DNA of 64,000 bases from Candidatus Udaeobacter sp. (GTDB lineage Bacteria; Verrucomicrobiota; Verrucomicrobiia; Chthoniobacterales; UBA10450). Shown here one piece after another: positions 17,134 through 29,268 of the stretch (its first letter is position 1; every line of letters begins with the position of its first letter). Location: assembly GCA_036495045.1 (NCBI GenBank), contig DASXNN010000093.1:27583-91582 (forward strand), in the 5' to 3' direction. The notes below the pieces were generated by a model. It was not told the origin of the DNA. It made no database searches and saw nothing but the letters and a program-made list of their open reading frames with translations. The translations under genes were made by a program, and so were the position numbers.

Positions 17134-19518
17134 GTGCATCGATTTTTCTGCAACGCGGCGCTCATGCTCGCGGCAGTGACGACTTTTTCAGGTCAGGTCG
17201 TGTCTGATCCCGCCGCACCAGTTCGTCCTGCCGCAAAAGGAACAGCGGGGCCAGCGGAGCGGACTGCGCCTGCTGACGCAAACGATCCGGGAGTGACGCT
17301 GCAATTTCCCAACAGCGATGTAGCCGACGTCTTGCGTTTTTATGAGCAGCTCACCGGCAAAAAGCTGGTGATGGACAATTTTGTCCAGGGCAAGGTGAAC
17401 ATTTTTATTGCCAAGGCCGTATCGCGCGATGAGGCAATCAAAATCATCGAGATGAGCATGGCGTTAAACGGGATTTCTTTAATCCCGGCCGCGCCCGATA
17501 TTATCGAAGTTGTTGGAGCCGGGCAAAATCCGCGCAAGGCTGTAGTACCGATTATTTCTGACCTGGCGGACATCCCGGCGGGTAATCCTGTGATCAGCTT
17601 CTTGTTCAAGCTTCAATACGCGGATCCGCAGGAGCTTCAACAAGTGCTGATGGCATATTTCCAGGGAAGTTCGGGCTCGATTAACATTTTGGCCCTGCCG
17701 AAATCGTCGAGCCTCTTGGTGACGCAGAATGCAGACGTGGTTCGCCAGCTCGCCAGCGTGATTGCACAACTTGACGTGGCTCCGGCACAGGTGGTGAGCG
17801 AGTTCATCAAGCTCGATCGCGCCGACGCGGGCAAAGTCGTCGACATGCTTAAAGACATTTTCGAAAAGGGCACTCAAAGCTCGACCCAGCCTGGCATCCG
17901 TTCTGTCCGGGTACCTCCAAATGTGCCGCAACCGATGCCGGTTGAAAATGAGGCTAGCGCCATGGCTGGCTTATCCGAAGAAGCAGTCGTCGTGGGTAAA
18001 GTTAAGCTTACCGCGGACGTCCGCACCAACCGCATCCATGTAGTGACGCGGCCGATTAACATGCCGTTCATCCGGAGATTGATTCATGAGTTTGATGCCA
18101 ACGTCGAGTTTGCGAAACCGGTCACGCGTTATTTGCAATACATTTCCGCCGGTGACGTTCTGCCAGTGCTGGTTCAGGCGTTGACCGAGCCGGGAACGGA
18201 AGGCGCCGGTGCGGCGCCCGGTGGCGGTCTGCCCGGAGCGAGTCCGCAACCGCAGCAACAGCAACAACAACAACAACGAGGCGGCTTTGGCACCACTGGC
18301 ACAACAAATCCATATACATCCCAATTTGGTGGCGCATCAAGCACGGCAGGGGGCAGCACGCTAAATATTTCTGAGCAGCTTTCCACGCAACCGGTAAACA
18401 CAACTCCCCAGGCGGTCACGGTCGGCACCACCAAGCTCATTGCCGATCAGCGCGCCAATTCCATCATCGTCCTCGGAAATCGCGAGGTTGTGGTGAAAGT
18501 GGAAAAGATTCTGGACCAAATGGATGTCCAGGCGCCACAGGTCGCGCTGAGCACGGTGATTGGTCAGTTGACACTGAGCAACAACGAGGAATTCGGCGTC
18601 GATTACTTTGCAAAATACAACAAGCGATTCGTGGGCACATCCCGCAACAACCAAGTATTCAATAACTCGAATCCTGTTTCCATTCCCGGTGCCAATCCCA
18701 ATCCTTCGGCTTCGCCGATAACTGCCAATATTCTTGATCCTTCCAACCTGATCAACTTCAGCCAGATCATTCAGAATGTGGGCAACGGAACCAATATTTA
18801 CGTGGCAGCCGGCAACGCTTTCGCAGCCATAGTGCATCTGCTTGAATCTACGAGTAAGTTCAAAATCCTTTCGCGTCCGACGGTCTTCACAAGCAACAAT
18901 AAGAAGGCTATCATCGCGTCAGGACAAGAGGTTCCCGTGCCGACGAGCACTCTGACCAATGCCACGACTGCGGTCAACGTTGCCTCTATCCAATCGAGCA
19001 TCGAGTACAAACAGGTTGTGCTTCAGCTTGAAGTCGTCCCTCTCATTAATTCCGAGAAGGAAGTGTCGCTCGATATTTTGCAAAAGCTCGACAGCCTGGT
19101 TCCGAACGGCAACGTAAGTATCAGCGGCAATCAGGTCCCGACAATCGACACGAAGTATATTCGCACGACTGTTTCCGCGGCAAACGGATCGACCATCATC
19201 CTGGGCGGATTGATCCAGGAACAGAAGCAGAAGCAGTACAGTGGCATCCCTTATCTCTCGCGCATTCCCCTCATCGGCGCGGCGTTTCGTGGCACAACAA
19301 CTAGCAAGCAGCGGCAGGAGCTGATCATTCTTATGTGTCCGCAGGTGACCCTGACCAAGCTGGATCAGTATCGGCTGCGCCAGAGGTGGGAGAACGTCAA
19401 TACGCATTTCGGTCCGGAGCTGGACGAGAGCGAGTGCCCAGATTGCCCCAAAACACGAGATGGCAAACAATTGACCTTGCCCCCACCCGATATTCCCGAA
19501 GCGAAAGATATGAAGTAA
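17134..19518 (+). CDS. gspD: secretin (type II secretion GspD-like outer-membrane channel)
   Basis: Signal peptide, then an N0-like domain (VTLQFPNSDVADVLRFYEQLTGKKLV). Repeated N-domains (LIADQRANSIIVLG) precede the secretin core ILSRPTVFTSNNKKAIIASGQEVPV ... GGLIQEQKQKQYSGIPYLSRIPLIGAAF. A Q/G/T-rich linker is present. Confidence 0.85.
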   Translation: MHRFFCNAALMLAAVTTFSGQVVSDPAAPVRPAAKGTAGPAERTAPADANDPGVTLQFPNSDVADVLRFYEQLTGKKLVMDNFVQGKVNIFIAKAVSRDEAIKIIEMSMALNGISLIPAAPDIIEVVGAGQNPRKAVVPIISDLADIPAGNPVISFLFKLQYADPQELQQVLMAYFQGSSGSINILALPKSSSLLVTQNADVVRQLASVIAQLDVAPAQVVSEFIKLDRADAGKVVDMLKDIFEKGTQSSTQPGIRSVRVPPNVPQPMPVENEASAMAGLSEEAVVVGKVKLTADVRTNRIHVVTRPINMPFIRRLIHEFDANVEFAKPVTRYLQYISAGDVLPVLVQALTEPGTEGAGAAPGGGLPGASPQPQQQQQQQQRGGFGTTGTTNPYTSQFGGASSTAGGSTLNISEQLSTQPVNTTPQAVTVGTTKLIADQRANSIIVLGNREVVVKVEKILDQMDVQAPQVALSTVIGQLTLSNNEEFGVDYFAKYNKRFVGTSRNNQVFNNSNPVSIPGANPNPSASPITANILDPSNLINFSQIIQNVGNGTNIYVAAGNAFAAIVHLLESTSKFKILSRPTVFTSNNKKAIIASGQEVPVPTSTLTNATTAVNVASIQSSIEYKQVVLQLEVVPLINSEKEVSLDILQKLDSLVPNGNVSISGNQVPTIDTKYIRTTVSAANGSTIILGGLIQEQKQKQYSGIPYLSRIPLIGAAFRGTTTSKQRQELIILMCPQVTLTKLDQYRLRQRWENVNTHFGPELDESECPDCPKTRDGKQLTLPPPDIPEAKDMK

Positions 19519-19531
19519 ACTCACTTCTGTT

Positions 19532-19942
19532 ATGAAACGGATAGCTCTTGCATTAATTCTTTGCTTTGGCGCTACCATCGCGCAAGCCGACGAGTTCGAT
19601 GTTGTCGATTATGATATTTTCCGTTCAGTCGATCCGCTGGCACAGCGCGACGAGTGGGGGCTTGCCCATCAGGGAAAAGCTCTGAACGCCACCGACTTTG
19701 CGCCACGCTACAAGTGGCGATGGTGTTACTACTTCAAGGCTGAGGAGCAACTCATTGTGCAACCCGCTTACGTGGGCTCGATGCAAACGGCGCTGCGCCG
19801 GCTGGGTTATTATTGCGGACCCATTAACGGCGAATTTACCCCGGAAGTAAGCGAGGCCATTGCGCGGCTTCAAAAGAGCTATTCGATGCGCGTTACGGGA
19901 ACGCTGACCGATCCCGTGCGGCGAGCGCTCCACATGCCCTAA
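19532..19942 (+). CDS. small secreted peptidoglycan-binding (PG_binding_1-like) protein
   Basis: Signal peptide MKRIALALILCFGATIAQA. C-terminal MQTALRRLGYYCGPINGEFTPEVSEAIARLQKSYSMRVTGTLTDPVRRAL is a typical PG-binding repeat. Confidence 0.7.
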   Translation: MKRIALALILCFGATIAQADEFDVVDYDIFRSVDPLAQRDEWGLAHQGKALNATDFAPRYKWRWCYYFKAEEQLIVQPAYVGSMQTALRRLGYYCGPINGEFTPEVSEAIARLQKSYSMRVTGTLTDPVRRALHMP

Positions 19943-19951
19943 TTGTGTTTT

Positions 19952-19999
19952 GTAGTAGAGGCGGCGCGCTGCGCCGTCCTGACATCGCAGCGCGATGTC
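19952..19999 (+). repeat. GTAG-headed pair of 8-bp/3-nt-loop hairpins (REP-like) after the PG-binding gene
   Basis: GTAG at 19952-19955. Hairpin 1 at 19960-19979 is GGCGGCGC / GCGCCGTCC with one bulge. Hairpin 2 at 19981-19999 is GACATCGC-agc-GCGATGTC, perfect. Confidence 0.4.
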
Positions 20000-20104
20000 T
20001 CTGCAAGATGTGTGATGCGTGAAAGCGCTTGCGAAACGGTCTAAATGGGATTCATTCGAACGCTTCCAATTCTGCGTTGTCGATTGTCCTGAACGCCGCC
20101 CCTC

Positions 20105-21851
<1,747 letters not shown>

Positions 21852-21853
<2 letters not shown>

Positions 21854-21861
21854 GATCGACA
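21852..21861 (+). repeat. copy of the 10-mer AAGATCGACA overlapping the gspE stop codon
   Basis: Context is gca TAAGATCGACAA ctcc, with TAA at 21851-21853. Confidence 0.9.
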
Positions 21862-21871
21862 ACTCCACGCG

Positions 21872-22534
21872 TTATTTAATGCCGCGCAATTCGCGAATTG
21901 TTTCCGCATAGTCTTTAGAGTGAAAGATTGACGTTCCGGCAACAAGGACATTCGCTCCGTTTTGGATGGACAGTCGCGCGGTATCGGCATTGATTCCGCC
22001 ATCGACCTCGATGTCGAGCTTGGCGCCGGTTCTCGTTTTCCAATCGCGCGCTCTCTTTACTTTTTCCATCATCTCAGGTCGAAACGATTGACCGCCAAAG
22101 CCAGGATGGACGGTCATGACGAGTAAGATGTCGATCTTGTCGAGAAACGGTTCGACCGAGTCAAATGACGTCGCGGGGTTTAATGTAAGGCCAGGGTGGC
22201 AACCAGCATCGCGAATTGCGCTTAAAGTTTTTCCGACGTCGTGTTTCGCCTCTCGCTCAACATGAACGGTGATCGAGTGGGCGCCTGCCTTGACAAAGCG
22301 CGGCACGTAATGATCGGGGTGCTCAATCATGAGATGCACATCGAGCGGCAGTTCCGTATTCTTTCGGACAAGATCGACAATTGCCGGGCCGAAGGAAATA
22401 TTATCGACGAAATGTCCATCCATGATGTCGCAGTGAATCCAGTCGGCACCAGCTTTCTCGACGTGCCGGATTTCATCGGCTAATCGCGAGAAATCGGCTG
22501 CGAGGATGGAAGGAGCAACGATGATCTTCTGCAC
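21872..22534 (-). CDS. rpe: ribulose-phosphate 3-epimerase
   Basis: IIVAPSILAADFSRLADEI..HCDIMDGHFVDNISFGP..HLMI..VMTVHPGFGGQSF. Start is uncertain. I chose GTG 22534, which gives the usual length of about 220 aa. ATG 22624 and the track start 22726 would add an atypical Cys-rich extension. Confidence 0.85.
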   Translation of the reverse strand: MQKIIVAPSILAADFSRLADEIRHVEKAGADWIHCDIMDGHFVDNISFGPAIVDLVRKNTELPLDVHLMIEHPDHYVPRFVKAGAHSITVHVEREAKHDVGKTLSAIRDAGCHPGLTLNPATSFDSVEPFLDKIDILLVMTVHPGFGGQSFRPEMMEKVKRARDWKTRTGAKLDIEVDGGINADTARLSIQNGANVLVAGTSIFHSKDYAETIRELRGIK

Positions 22535-22732
22535 GAACTGATGGAATAATGGAGTAGTAGCGTAATGGCAACAGTTGCAACACTCCACATAATATGAGCT
22601 TGACGGCGCGGAGTGGCGTTTCATGTTACGGCGTTTCAGCCGGTCGAATCGCGCTCGCGGAAATGTCCTGCGAAGATCGATGATGTGGACGCGTTTCCTT
22701 CGGACTGAAACGTGCTTTCTAATCAATAATTC

Positions 22733-23770
22733 ATGTTCAACGGACTTTTCGGCTGGTTATCCAGCGACATCGGGATTGACCTCGGCACGGCGAACACCCT
22801 TGTTTACGTAAAAGATCAGGGGATTGTCTTGCGCGAGCCATCAGTGGTAGCCGTGCAAGCCGGCACAAACAAAGTGCTGGCGGTCGGTGACGAAGCGAAG
22901 CGCATGCTCGGCCGCACACCGGCGAATATCGTTGCGGTGCGGCCACTCAAAGACGGCGTGATTGCGGACTTTGAAGTGACGGAGGCGATGCTCCGACATT
23001 TCATTACCAAAGTGCACAACCGCCGGGTCCGCGCACGGCCACGCGTGGTCATCGCAGTTCCATCCGGGATTACTGAAGTGGAAAAGCGCGCAGTCCGTGA
23101 ATCGGCGACGCACGCGGGCGCGCGGGAAGTTTATTTAATCGAAGAACCGATGGCGGCGGCAATCGGGGTGGGGCTTCCGGTGCAGGATCCCGCTGGCAAC
23201 ATGATTATCGACATTGGCGGTGGCACGACAGAGGTCGCCCTCATTTCGTTGTCGGGAATTGTCTTTAGCCGTAGCGTCCGGGTGGCCGGGGATGAGCTCG
23301 ATGAAGCGATCGTGCAGTACATGAAGCGTGCGTACAATTTGATGGTGGGTGAGCGCACGGCCGAGGAGATCAAAATTAAAATCGGCTCGGCCTATCCCAG
23401 CGAAAAGGAAACGAGCGTTGAAGTGAAAGGGCGTGATCTGGTCGCAGGCTTGCCCAAGACACTGATGATCACTTCGCAGGAAGTCCGGGAAGCATTGCTT
23501 GAGCCAATTTCGACAATCGTCGATTCAGTCCGCATCACGCTCGAACGCTGTCCCCCTGAGCTTTCGGCGGACTTGGTCGATCGTGGGCTCGTGCTGGCAG
23601 GCGGCGGCGCATTGCTCCGCGGGTTCGACAAGCTTTTGAGCGAGGAAACAGGTTTGCCTGTCCATGTTGCGGAAGATCCGCTCAGCGCGGTGGCGGAGGG
23701 AACTGGCAAATGCCTCAATGAACTTAAATTTTTGCGTCAAGTGGCTTCGGCTGATCGCCAGTGGCGGTAA
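22733..23770 (+). CDS. mreB: rod shape-determining protein MreB
   Basis: [30 protein letters not shown] and further actin-fold motifs over the full length. Confidence 0.97.
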   Translation: MFNGLFGWLSSDIGIDLGTANTLVYVKDQGIVLREPSVVAVQAGTNKVLAVGDEAKRMLGRTPANIVAVRPLKDGVIADFEVTEAMLRHFITKVHNRRVRARPRVVIAVPSGITEVEKRAVRESATHAGAREVYLIEEPMAAAIGVGLPVQDPAGNMIIDIGGGTTEVALISLSGIVFSRSVRVAGDELDEAIVQYMKRAYNLMVGERTAEEIKIKIGSAYPSEKETSVEVKGRDLVAGLPKTLMITSQEVREALLEPISTIVDSVRITLERCPPELSADLVDRGLVLAGGGALLRGFDKLLSEETGLPVHVAEDPLSAVAEGTGKCLNELKFLRQVASADRQWR

Positions 23771-23851
23771 TATCAATGTTGGATTACGGATTTTCGATTG
23801 CGGATTGAAGGCAGCAATCAGCCGCGGCGGATTGCGCAATCCGTAATCGAC

Positions 23852-24655
23852 ATGAGTCGCACGAACATCATTGCGCTGCTGATTTTTGGCGCCATTCTTG
23901 GGTATTTTCTTAGCTTCGGCGCGGAGAGCACACGCAAGTTCAAGGCCGGAGTTTATCAGTTGCTTGCGCCGTTTTTGACCAGCGGCTCCGGACTGCAAAA
24001 GCAGATTACATCGGTCCGCACCGGTTTGAAGTCGCTCGACCAATTGGAGCGCGAAAATGCCGCGCTACAGATGGAAAATCGAGCGCTGAGAGCAACTAAC
24101 CAAGGTTTGCGCGATGTCGAGCATGAAGTCAATCGCTTGCGCCATGCGCTCAATTATCGAGAGCGCTCCGTCTTTAAATTGATAGCCGCCGAAGTTTTAA
24201 CGCGCGATTCGTCTACCTGGTGGCGCACCGTTACGATCAACCGTGGGAAACAAGACGGCATCGAAACCGACATGCCAGTGGTAACCGATGAAGGCCTGGT
24301 AGGAAAAACAACAACTGTAAGCGACAGCATCTCGGTCGTCCTTCTGGTTTCGGACGAAAACTGCAAAGTCGCCGCTTCGGTGGAGGGGAGCCGTGAACAA
24401 GGGATCGTCTCTGGCGAACGCGTGACGACGGGATTGAATCCACTTTTGAATCTGAATTTTCTATCGAAACAAGCTGACCTAAAGCCGGGACCAAAGGTGT
24501 ATACATCAGGCGTGGGTGGCGTTTTTCCCTCTGGTTTGCTGGTCGGCGTCGTCAAGAGTTTTCGGGTTCGGGAGTTAGACGGGCAGGCGCAGGTCGCGCC
24601 GGCGGTCGATCTCTCGCATCTAGAGGATGTGTTCGTGGTAACTGGCCGAAAATGA
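23852..24655 (+). CDS. mreC: rod shape-determining protein MreC
   Basis: Start at internal ATG 23852 (MSRTNIIALLIFGAILG, a TM helix). Coiled-coil region, then beta-barrel motifs (GIETDMPVVTDEGLVGKTT, VYTSGVGGVFPSGLLVG). Confidence 0.85.
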   Translation: MSRTNIIALLIFGAILGYFLSFGAESTRKFKAGVYQLLAPFLTSGSGLQKQITSVRTGLKSLDQLERENAALQMENRALRATNQGLRDVEHEVNRLRHALNYRERSVFKLIAAEVLTRDSSTWWRTVTINRGKQDGIETDMPVVTDEGLVGKTTTVSDSISVVLLVSDENCKVAASVEGSREQGIVSGERVTTGLNPLLNLNFLSKQADLKPGPKVYTSGVGGVFPSGLLVGVVKSFRVRELDGQAQVAPAVDLSHLEDVFVVTGRK

Positions 24656-25194
24656 TATTCTTTTTTCTTCTGCTGGTACTTGTCCTGATCGCGCAGGTTG
24701 CAGAATTTTTCATCCCGGCGCTGCCTTGGCTCTATAACGCCCATATCTACATTGTGCCTGTCATCGTTTTTTATGGGGCAATGGCGCTGCCGTTTCCGCT
24801 CATGCTCGGGCTCGCCTTGTACGCCGGTCTCCTACTCGATGCGCTTACGGTGCACGTGATTGGTGGGAAAGTTGAAATTTCAACCGGATCGTCGATACTG
24901 CTTTACGCTATGTTGGCGGGAATCATGCATGGCCTGAGACCGCTCTTCATCCGTGGCCGCTGGGAAGTGCATTGCATCCTGAGCGGTGTCTGCACGTCGT
25001 CAATAATTCTTGCCCAATATTTAATGATTACGTTTCGGCGCGGTTCTCTTGTTTTTACCCGTGAAATTTGGTGGCAAATCGGCGGGCCTGGCCTGTTCGC
25101 CATGGCCATCGCACCGATCCTGTTTTGGTTCCTACATTGGCTCGGACGGATTACCGCCTACCCATATCTCACCGAAAGGAGCCGTTTCGAATGA
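24652..25194 (+). CDS. mreD: rod shape-determining protein MreD
   Basis: 180-aa polytopic membrane protein directly after mreC. It has ATGA overlaps at both ends (24652-24655 and 25191-25194). Position and hydrophobicity fit MreD. Confidence 0.7.
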   Translation: MIFFFLLLVLVLIAQVAEFFIPALPWLYNAHIYIVPVIVFYGAMALPFPLMLGLALYAGLLLDALTVHVIGGKVEISTGSSILLYAMLAGIMHGLRPLFIRGRWEVHCILSGVCTSSIILAQYLMITFRRGSLVFTREIWWQIGGPGLFAMAIAPILFWFLHWLGRITAYPYLTERSRFE

Positions 25195-27464
25195 GCCGAC
25201 GCGGCATCAATTCTCGTTTGCGGATTCAATTTCTTGCGCTGCTCATGCTGATTGGTATGGGCATCCTTGGGCTCAGGCTCTGGTGGATACAAGTGGCGCA
25301 TGGTGCCGAATGGACTGCTCAACTTCGCGGCAGCTCCCAGGCAACGGTCCGGATTCCATCTGTGCGCGGTGAGATCAAGGACCGTAACGGACTGAGCCTT
25401 GTCCAAAACCGGGCGAGTTATGAGGTCGATTTTTATTTGCCGGAAATGGTCAAAGGCTATCGCGAGCGCCTCGGCTCACCGCCCTTGACCGAATACCGAG
25501 CGATTATCAACGGAATGCCCAAAGACCAAAAAGAGCCAGACATCATAAAGATCGTCAATAGCGGCATCGTCCCGCGCCTCAACGATCTCGATCTTGCGCG
25601 CGACTACAATGCGGCCAAGCTACAGCGACACTATCGTAACGACACCGAGGTTCCGTTTTCCTACATCAAAGACATCGATTTTCCCACGATGGCGAAGTTT
25701 TCCGAGCACGATGTCGGATTACCCGGCGTTGATATTGCGATCAAGCCGGTGCGCTCTTACGTCTATGGCGCACTCGCAGCGCACCTCCTTGGTTACGTTG
25801 GCGCACCTGACGATATCAATAAAGAAGAGGCAAGGAAGTTTACCTTCTATCAACAGGATGTGGAAGGAAAATCGAACATCGAAAAATCGATGGATGAATA
25901 TCTGCGCGGGAAACCGGGCGTGCGTTATTTGCGCAAGAACGCGAAGGGAACAATCGAAGGTGTGCTACGCGAAGATCCCCCGCGACAGGGAGCCAATGTT
26001 TTCCTGACGATCGACGCGAGGATTCAAGCGATTGCAGAAGAAGCGCTGCGCGCCGTGGCTCGGGCGGGAGCCATCGTGGTCGATCCAAACAACGGCAATA
26101 TTTTGGCTATGGCTTCTGTGCCTTCGTTCGATCCAAATACGTTCATCCCGAGCATCAAGGCGAAGGATTGGAAAGCGCTGCAGAAAGACGAGGGCGATCC
26201 GTTGGTCAATCGTGCGATTAGCTGCTTGCCACCAGGGTCAACATTCAAGCTCATCACGTCGCTCGCCGGTCTGCGCGTCACTAAAAATCTCGCAGGCGCC
26301 AAATACAGCTGCGGTGGCGGTGTGAGTTACGGCGATCACTTTTTCCGCTGCTGGGTAGCCGAAAAACATTATACGCACGGGACCATCGGACTCGCCGATG
26401 CAATCAAGGTGTCATGCGACTCGTTTTTCTACCAGTACGGAAACGCGGCTGGCATTCAGTCGATTGACGCTGTTGGCAAGATGTTGGGAATCGGCGAAGA
26501 ATCGGGCCTGCAACTGTCAGGTGAACAAACCGGCAATATGCCGGGGCCTGAATGGATGCAAATTCACCATCCGCAGGAGAGGTGGTCGCAGGCGCAAACG
26601 GCCAATGTTTCGATCGGCCAGGGCTACACGCTTGTTTCGCCTCTGCAATTGACGATGGCCTACGCGACGATCGCAAACGGCGGCGTCTGTTATTATCCTC
26701 GGCTCGTCGATAAAGTTTTAAACCAAGACGGCTCTCCCGTGCTAGACGAGCATGGCAACGTCGCAGTGCCTCAGACGCCACGAGTGCGAACGGACTTACG
26801 TCAGCAAATCTCACCTGACAAAATTGACCTTGTGCGCAAAGGCCTTTGGAAAGTTGTTAACGAAGATGGAGGAACCGGTGGCAGAGCGCGTTTGAAAGAC
26901 GTCGTGGTCGCTGGAAAAACCGGCACTGCCCAGGCTACCGAGCGTGGCCACGAAGAAAACGTGGCGTGGTTTGCGTGTTTCGCGCCATTTGACCATCCGA
27001 AGTATGTTGTCGTAGTGATGGTGCAGGGCGCCTCTGGGCACGGCGGCGAGGTCGCGGGCCCGATCGCTACACGCATTCTCGAACGCACGCTCGCCCAGGA
27101 TGAAGGCAAGTTCGATATGCAGGTCGCTTGGCTCGCACCCGCACATAAGGCCAATCCGCTGCAACTGATCAAAGCAGTAACTTATCACGACGCGGGAGGA
27201 AATCTCGGAAGCGAGGACGAAGAAGATGCTGGCGACTCTCAAAATGCGGATGCGCAGATGGCGAGTGCAGATGCAGCGCCGGACGTCGAACCTGAAGCAG
27301 ACTCTCAAGGGAAAGTGAGGCGGCGTGCTTCGGCACCGGTTGCGCATGCCGTTCCGGTTGCAACGCCGCAGCCTCGCAACTTTTTTGAACGGCTCTTCGG
27401 GGTGCGGCGTCAACCGGCGCCCGTGCCAACCCCGCCGCCGGTACGCCGGCCGCGTTCACGATGA
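25191..27464 (+). CDS. mrdA: penicillin-binding protein 2 (elongasome transpeptidase) with a low-complexity C-terminal tail
   Basis: Start at ATG 25191 (MSRRGINSRLRIQFLALLML). Motifs STFK (PPGSTFKLIT), SCD/SxN region and KTGTA. The last roughly 130 aa are acidic, then Pro/Arg-rich. Confidence 0.9.
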   Translation: MSRRGINSRLRIQFLALLMLIGMGILGLRLWWIQVAHGAEWTAQLRGSSQATVRIPSVRGEIKDRNGLSLVQNRASYEVDFYLPEMVKGYRERLGSPPLTEYRAIINGMPKDQKEPDIIKIVNSGIVPRLNDLDLARDYNAAKLQRHYRNDTEVPFSYIKDIDFPTMAKFSEHDVGLPGVDIAIKPVRSYVYGALAAHLLGYVGAPDDINKEEARKFTFYQQDVEGKSNIEKSMDEYLRGKPGVRYLRKNAKGTIEGVLREDPPRQGANVFLTIDARIQAIAEEALRAVARAGAIVVDPNNGNILAMASVPSFDPNTFIPSIKAKDWKALQKDEGDPLVNRAISCLPPGSTFKLITSLAGLRVTKNLAGAKYSCGGGVSYGDHFFRCWVAEKHYTHGTIGLADAIKVSCDSFFYQYGNAAGIQSIDAVGKMLGIGEESGLQLSGEQTGNMPGPEWMQIHHPQERWSQAQTANVSIGQGYTLVSPLQLTMAYATIANGGVCYYPRLVDKVLNQDGSPVLDEHGNVAVPQTPRVRTDLRQQISPDKIDLVRKGLWKVVNEDGGTGGRARLKDVVVAGKTGTAQATERGHEENVAWFACFAPFDHPKYVVVVMVQGASGHGGEVAGPIATRILERTLAQDEGKFDMQVAWLAPAHKANPLQLIKAVTYHDAGGNLGSEDEEDAGDSQNADAQMASADAAPDVEPEADSQGKVRRRASAPVAHAVPVATPQPRNFFERLFGVRRQPAPVPTPPPVRRPRSR

Positions 27465-27529
27465 AATATCGATCCAACAAACAATGAACAACCTCATTTT
27501 CGTTGTGATCGCATCAGCATTTCAGTTTT

Positions 27530-29104
27530 ATGATAGACAAAGTAAAAAATTTTTTAGGTCTTTCTTCACGCAAGACTGGCAACAAACTCATACTCAATGT
27601 AGAAAAACTCGAGTCCCGTGTTGCGCTGCTCGAGAATGGCCGACTCGAGGAATACAGCGTCGAGCGTAAAAGCTCGCGCAACATCGTTGGCAGCGTTTAC
27701 AAAGGCAAAGTAAAGAACATCGAGATGGGGTTGAAGGCGATGTTCGTCGACATTGGCTTCGAGAAAAATGCTTTCCTCCATTTTTGGGACGCGATTCCGG
27801 CCGCGCTCGACAGTGGAATCGAGGAAATTGATCGGTCCGTAAACACGCACCCGCGGAAACGAATCACGACAAAGGATATTCCAAACATTTATCCTGTCGG
27901 CTCGGATGTAATTGTCCAGGTGACCAAGGGTCCGATTGGGACAAAAGGACCGCGGGTCACGACCAATCTTAGTTTTGCCGGGCGCTATCTGGTTCTGATG
28001 CCATTTAGCGATCGCAGTGGCATTTCCCGAAAAATCGAAGCTCCAAAGGAGCGGGAACGTCTCCGCAAGATTTTACGCGAACTCGCCGTTCCGGAAGGCA
28101 TCGGCGTTATCATCCGCACCGTTGGGGAAGGACAGCGCGCGCGATATTTCGTCCGCGATTTGCGCTTCCTTCTCGATCAATGGGCGAAAGTGGATCAATT
28201 GATTCGCAACCGTCCGGCCCCGTGCCGAATCTTTGAGGAACCGGATTTAGTTGAACGGACCGTGCGCGATTTTCTCACTGAAGAGATCGATGAAGTCATG
28301 TGTGACGACCGCGAGTCGATTAACCGGATGAACGAAATGGTCGGCGAGATTTCGCGGCGGGCGCGAAACCGAATTCATTTTTACGATAGTGCGACGCCGG
28401 TCTTCGAAAGCTACGGAGTGCAAAAGCAGATCGACGACGCTTTTCATCGGCAAGTCTGGCTGAAGTGCGGCGGCTACATCGTAATCGACGAAACGGAAGC
28501 GCTGGTCGCGATTGATGTGAATACTGGCCGCAACAAAGGTGGACGCGATGTCGAGAAAACGATTTTACAGACGAATTTGGAGGCGGCAGATGAAATCGCG
28601 CGCCAGCTTCGATTGCGCAATGTCGGCGGCTTGATCATCGGCGATTTCATCGATATGAAGAGCCGAAAAGACCAGCAGATGGTCTATAACCTGATGAAGG
28701 AACGGCTCAAGCGCGACAAGGCCAAGACCCACGTGCTTCCGATTTCGCCGCTCGGTCTGATGGAAATGACGCGACAGCGGGCACAGGAAAGTCTGAGCGA
28801 TACAATTTACGAAAACTGTCCTTACTGCGGTGGGCACGGCGTCGTGAAGACTACCATGACTACGAGCGTGGAATTGCATCGGACACTCAATACCGTGATG
28901 CGCAAGTACCAGGACAGCATCCACGAAATCCGTGTCATCCTAAATCCGGATGTCTTGAAACGGTTGAAAGAAGAAGATGAGGAATTGCTTGTGGAGCTGG
29001 AGCGCCGATACGCCGGGCGGCTGATGTTTCGTGGCGATCCTGCGTTTCATCACGAAAAGTTTATTATCACCGATGCTGTTACTGGAGCGGAACTCAAAGC
29101 TTGA
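27530..29104 (+). CDS. rng: Rne/Rng-family ribonuclease (RNase G-like)
   Basis: S1 domain GSVYKGKVKNIEMGLKAMFVDIG, catalytic region IDVNTG, and a Zn-link-like CPYCGGHG. At 524 aa its size fits RNase G. Confidence 0.85.
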   Translation: MIDKVKNFLGLSSRKTGNKLILNVEKLESRVALLENGRLEEYSVERKSSRNIVGSVYKGKVKNIEMGLKAMFVDIGFEKNAFLHFWDAIPAALDSGIEEIDRSVNTHPRKRITTKDIPNIYPVGSDVIVQVTKGPIGTKGPRVTTNLSFAGRYLVLMPFSDRSGISRKIEAPKERERLRKILRELAVPEGIGVIIRTVGEGQRARYFVRDLRFLLDQWAKVDQLIRNRPAPCRIFEEPDLVERTVRDFLTEEIDEVMCDDRESINRMNEMVGEISRRARNRIHFYDSATPVFESYGVQKQIDDAFHRQVWLKCGGYIVIDETEALVAIDVNTGRNKGGRDVEKTILQTNLEAADEIARQLRLRNVGGLIIGDFIDMKSRKDQQMVYNLMKERLKRDKAKTHVLPISPLGLMEMTRQRAQESLSDTIYENCPYCGGHGVVKTTMTTSVELHRTLNTVMRKYQDSIHEIRVILNPDVLKRLKEEDEELLVELERRYAGRLMFRGDPAFHHEKFIITDAVTGAELKA

Positions 29105-29268
29105 TCGGCGAGCGGGGTCAACAAGGTGAAAAGTTCTTGCAATTTTGGATGACCCAGCCAAACTCGCGGCATCCAGAAGAATAATGAATTTCGTTATTGA
29201 CTTTGGCGCTCCAACATGTTGGGGTTCCAAAGCTGAGGAAAGACTTAACCAAAAAGGAGAAATAAAAA

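Noticed and set aside
18249-18275. CAG/CAA repeat (Q8) in the secretin as a slipped-strand contingency locus
   Set aside because: The repeat is a mixed CAG/CAA tract in units of three, so slippage would keep the frame. It is more simply a low-complexity linker.
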